From Campylobacterota bacterium (GTDB lineage: Bacteria; Campylobacterota; Campylobacteria; Campylobacterales; Sulfurimonadaceae): 20,895 bases of DNA. The notes beneath the pieces are model-generated. The model worked only from the letters and a program-made list of their open reading frames with translations. It ran no database searches and had not been told where the DNA came from. Made by a program: the position numbers and the translations under genes. This document shows positions 18,278 to 20,895 of the stretch, piece after piece. Each line of letters starts with the position of its first letter. Position 1 is the stretch's first letter. Location: NCBI GenBank assembly GCA_034717975.1, contig JAYEMF010000031.1, positions 1-20,895 on the forward strand, in the 5' to 3' direction.

Positions 18278-18790
18278 ATGCGGATCACTCTTCTTCTGGT
18301 AACTTTCGTCTCCCTTCTCATGGGGTTTTCTGAAACTATAAACACATTTTCTGCTGACTTTGAGCAGCGTATAACCGATGATCAGAATAAAACATTGACC
18401 TATCGTGGTCATGTTTGGTCAAAACGGCCCAATTCAGCACTGTGGCACTACAAAAATCCTATTGAAAAAATGGTTTATGTACGTGGTCAAAAAGTGGTAA
18501 TCATCGAGCCCGATCTTGAACAGGTATTGATGAGAAAAATTGACCGGGATATTGATCTCCTGGCTATATTGAAAACATCAAAACCCTTGGATAACGGCAA
18601 ACATGAAGCTTTTTTTGACGCTCAGCGCTTCGTTATTACAGAAACGCAAGGAGTTATTCAGCAAATTGATTATCTGGATAGCTTTGAGAACAGAGTTGTT
18701 CTACAATTTAGCGACCAAGAGCTAAACCGTCCCATAGATGCTGAAAAGTTCATAGCAAAAATTCCAAAAGATTATGACATCATAAAATAG
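18278..18790 (+). CDS. lolA: Periplasmic lipoprotein chaperone LolA
   Basis: 170 aa; signal peptide, FSADFEQ, KRPNSALWHY..P, IIEPDLEQV, C-terminal F...IP..YDII; divergent from secA. Confidence 0.9.
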   Translation: MRITLLLVTFVSLLMGFSETINTFSADFEQRITDDQNKTLTYRGHVWSKRPNSALWHYKNPIEKMVYVRGQKVVIIEPDLEQVLMRKIDRDIDLLAILKTSKPLDNGKHEAFFDAQRFVITETQGVIQQIDYLDSFENRVVLQFSDQELNRPIDAEKFIAKIPKDYDIIK

Positions 18791-18828
18791 AGTGGACTTT
18801 TAAAAAAAACTTTTTAGCGTATCTCTAT

Positions 18829-20643
18829 CTACATGCGGGATTTGGAGACAGGTTTTCCAATATAATAACCCTGAGAATAATCAACTCCCAGATCATGTAC
18901 GATCCGATGCAGAGACTCGCTGTCTACATGCTCGGCAACCGTCTTCATACCTGTCTTTCTGGCAAAGGCAACGATATTCTCTACTACCACGCGATGAAAC
19001 TGATTGGTGGCAAGGTCTTGAATGAATGTACTGTCGATCTTGATAAAATCAGCCTGCACCTGCAGCATACGGCTCAACATCGAATGTTCTGTACCAAAGT
19101 CATCTACTGCTATGTGAAAACCGGCATCACGCAACCGCTGTATCTGTTTAATGATCACCTCTGAATTAGATATCGAGATATCTTCAACCAGCTCCAGATA
19201 GACACGCTTAGGTACGATCCCATAGCGATCACATTTATAGAGAAGCAACTCTTCGAGATACTGCTCTTCAAGATCATAACGGTTGATGTTAATGGAGAAA
19301 AGATAGTGATTACTGCTAAAGTGTTTAAATGCTTTATCGATAATAATGCGTGAGATCTGTGTTACCAGTCCCGCTTTTTTAGCAATATCGATAAATTCAC
19401 TGGCATCAATCAGCTTCCCCTCTTTGTTTTCAATACGGCAAAGCACTTCATAGTGTTGCATCGAGCTGTCTGTATTGCTTACAATAGGCTGATAATAAGG
19501 GATGAGTTTATCATGCTCGATCGCCTCTTTGACCATACGGATCCAGTAGAGATTACGACGCTGAGTCAGCATGTAATCGGAATCGGCTTGATAAAAGCGG
19601 ACACACGCCCCGCCATGCTCTTTTGCCTCTTTGGATGCTGCTTTTGCCTGGACAAAGAGCTGCATACCCTCTCCTCTATCTGCACCGATTGAAAAGTTTA
19701 TCTTGTAACTATTCTCTTCTATCTCTATCGGCGCTTCTCTGAAAAGTGACAGGATCTGTTCAGCAAATATTTTTTCCTGGTTTTCAACCGGCTCATTGAG
19801 AAGAATGACAAACTCATCGGCAGTAATATGGAAAAGAGAGCCGTTATTTGGGAGAAATTTTTCAAGACGTTTCACCGTTTCAACTAGGACTTTATTCCCC
19901 TGCCCCATTCCGTAAATTGTGTTGATCATATCGAAGTTATCGATATTAAGGTAGAGCAATGCTTTTGATATTTTCGATTTCAGCGCCTCTTGAAGGGCCA
20001 GTTTACTGGCAGCGCCTGTCAACTCGTTGACATGTTTAACTGCAGGACTTTTATCGGCTGTTTTTTCCTTCCCTTTTTCTAGCTCTTTGATCTGCTGCAT
20101 CAGCCGTCCAAGACGCTTTCGCTCATATAGCAGCTCATCTTTGAGCTTCTGTTCACGCTCTTTGGAGGTCTGAATAACATATTCATGCTGCTCTTTGACT
20201 GTTTGTGTCCGCTCCAGCAGTTCACGCTGCTGCATCTGTTTGTATGCGATTTTAACACTTGGAGCAATAGTCTCAAGGAGTGACTCAACCGTGTAGGGCT
20301 TTTTAAGATAGGCACTGACACCGGCATTGATCAGTGTTACCACTTCATCCATACTTAGATCATTTTCCGTCGTATAGATGATGTGCTGTTCAGGTTTGGC
20401 TGTTTTGATATTGTTGATCAACTGCATATTTGTCATATTGGGTACATTGGCATCCATCACCACAATATCATGCTGATTGATTTTAAAAGAGCTTAGGCCT
20501 TCATACCCTGTCTCGGTATCATCTACCAACGAGAAGATCTTCTTCATCGATTCGGATACAGGTTTTCTTACACCGGCATCTGCATCCATGTGAAGCAGTG
20601 AAAGTTTTTTTGTGAATGGTAAAAGGTCACGTAAGTCAGCCAT
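18829..20643 (-). CDS. Receiver / coiled-coil / degenerate GGDEF / EAL protein (probable c-di-GMP phosphodiesterase)
   Basis: REC (DIVVMDANVP...YLKKP), Q/E/K-rich helix, GGDEF-like domain (NIDNFDMIN..YG, ITADEF), EAL domain (PYYQPI, YEVLCR, SININ, LELVE, VDDFGTEHS, IKIDS, VAEHV, QGYYIGKP). Start either ATG 20643 (after AAGGG) or GTG 20655. Confidence 0.9.
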   Translation of the reverse strand: MADLRDLLPFTKKLSLLHMDADAGVRKPVSESMKKIFSLVDDTETGYEGLSSFKINQHDIVVMDANVPNMTNMQLINNIKTAKPEQHIIYTTENDLSMDEVVTLINAGVSAYLKKPYTVESLLETIAPSVKIAYKQMQQRELLERTQTVKEQHEYVIQTSKEREQKLKDELLYERKRLGRLMQQIKELEKGKEKTADKSPAVKHVNELTGAASKLALQEALKSKISKALLYLNIDNFDMINTIYGMGQGNKVLVETVKRLEKFLPNNGSLFHITADEFVILLNEPVENQEKIFAEQILSLFREAPIEIEENSYKINFSIGADRGEGMQLFVQAKAASKEAKEHGGACVRFYQADSDYMLTQRRNLYWIRMVKEAIEHDKLIPYYQPIVSNTDSSMQHYEVLCRIENKEGKLIDASEFIDIAKKAGLVTQISRIIIDKAFKHFSSNHYLFSININRYDLEEQYLEELLLYKCDRYGIVPKRVYLELVEDISISNSEVIIKQIQRLRDAGFHIAVDDFGTEHSMLSRMLQVQADFIKIDSTFIQDLATNQFHRVVVENIVAFARKTGMKTVAEHVDSESLHRIVHDLGVDYSQGYYIGKPVSKSRM

Positions 20644-20711
20644 TGTGCTATTCACCCTTTTGTTATAATTACACTTATTTTACCAGAAAAAGTGTTAATC
20701 AGCTATTTTTA

Positions 20712-20894
20712 TCACTTCTCACCTTCATCCAAAAGGTATGGTTGTGGCTTTCCGATAAAGAAACCTTGTGAAAAATCAACCCCTACTTCTTTGACGATTT
20801 CATATACAGAAGGTGAATTGACATATTTGGCAATGGTCTGAGCACCTATTTTTTTCGCAAACTCAACTATACTCTCGACAATAATTCTGCTATT
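20712..20894 (-). CDS. C-terminal 60 aa of a second EAL-domain protein (truncated by window edge, absent from the ORF track)
   Basis: Manual translation NSRIIVESIVEFAKKIGAQTIAKYVNSPSVYEIVKEVGVDFSQGFFIGKPQPYLLDEGEK*, collinear with the C-terminus of the neighbouring EAL domain; stop TGA at 20714-20712. Confidence 0.88.
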   Translation of the reverse strand, partial: NSRIIVESIVEFAKKIGAQTIAKYVNSPSVYEIVKEVGVDFSQGFFIGKPQPYLLDEGEK

Positions 20895-20895
20895 A

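Noticed and set aside
18791..18828. Possible bidirectional terminator between lolA and the EAL gene
   Set aside because: Only A/T runs (TAAAAA-AAAC-TTTTTA) with no GC-rich stem; too weak to call.
1..20895. CRISPR arrays, tRNA/rRNA, IS elements, prophage or defence genes
   Set aside because: None seen: the window is almost fully coding, spacers are 216 bp or less, and there are no regularly spaced repeats or transposase/integrase motifs.

Overview
Core-genome region of a Campylobacterota (epsilonproteobacterial) chromosome, most like a free-living Sulfurimonas/Sulfuricurvum-type organism (taxonomy inferred from gene content, gene order and TGnTATAAT/AAGG signals). Left half (121-10206, minus strand): a tightly coupled TCA/reductive-TCA cluster, icd-mdh-fumC-sucC-sucD-[HMA protein]-oorD-oorA-oorB-oorC, ending in a clear intrinsic terminator. 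Right half: envelope biogenesis genes (mltG overlapping head-to-head with a YhdP/AsmA-like gene, a LolC/E(LolF)-type permease coupled to secA, divergent lolA), then two tandem c-di-GMP EAL genes, the second truncated by the window edge. No rRNA, tRNA, CRISPR or mobile element was recognised. The most notable observations are: (i) a 99-aa CxxC heavy-metal-associated protein with an extra C-terminal SFVSC motif, inserted and translationally coupled between sucD and the Fe-S subunit oorD; (ii) a 216-bp, highly structured icd-mdh intergenic region with an anti-Shine-Dalgarno sequence; (iii) the 5'-5' mltG/yhdP overlap with candidate face-to-face promoters; (iv) an apparently catalytically dead EAL domain (general-base Glu->Lys) upstream of an apparently intact EAL phosphodiesterase.
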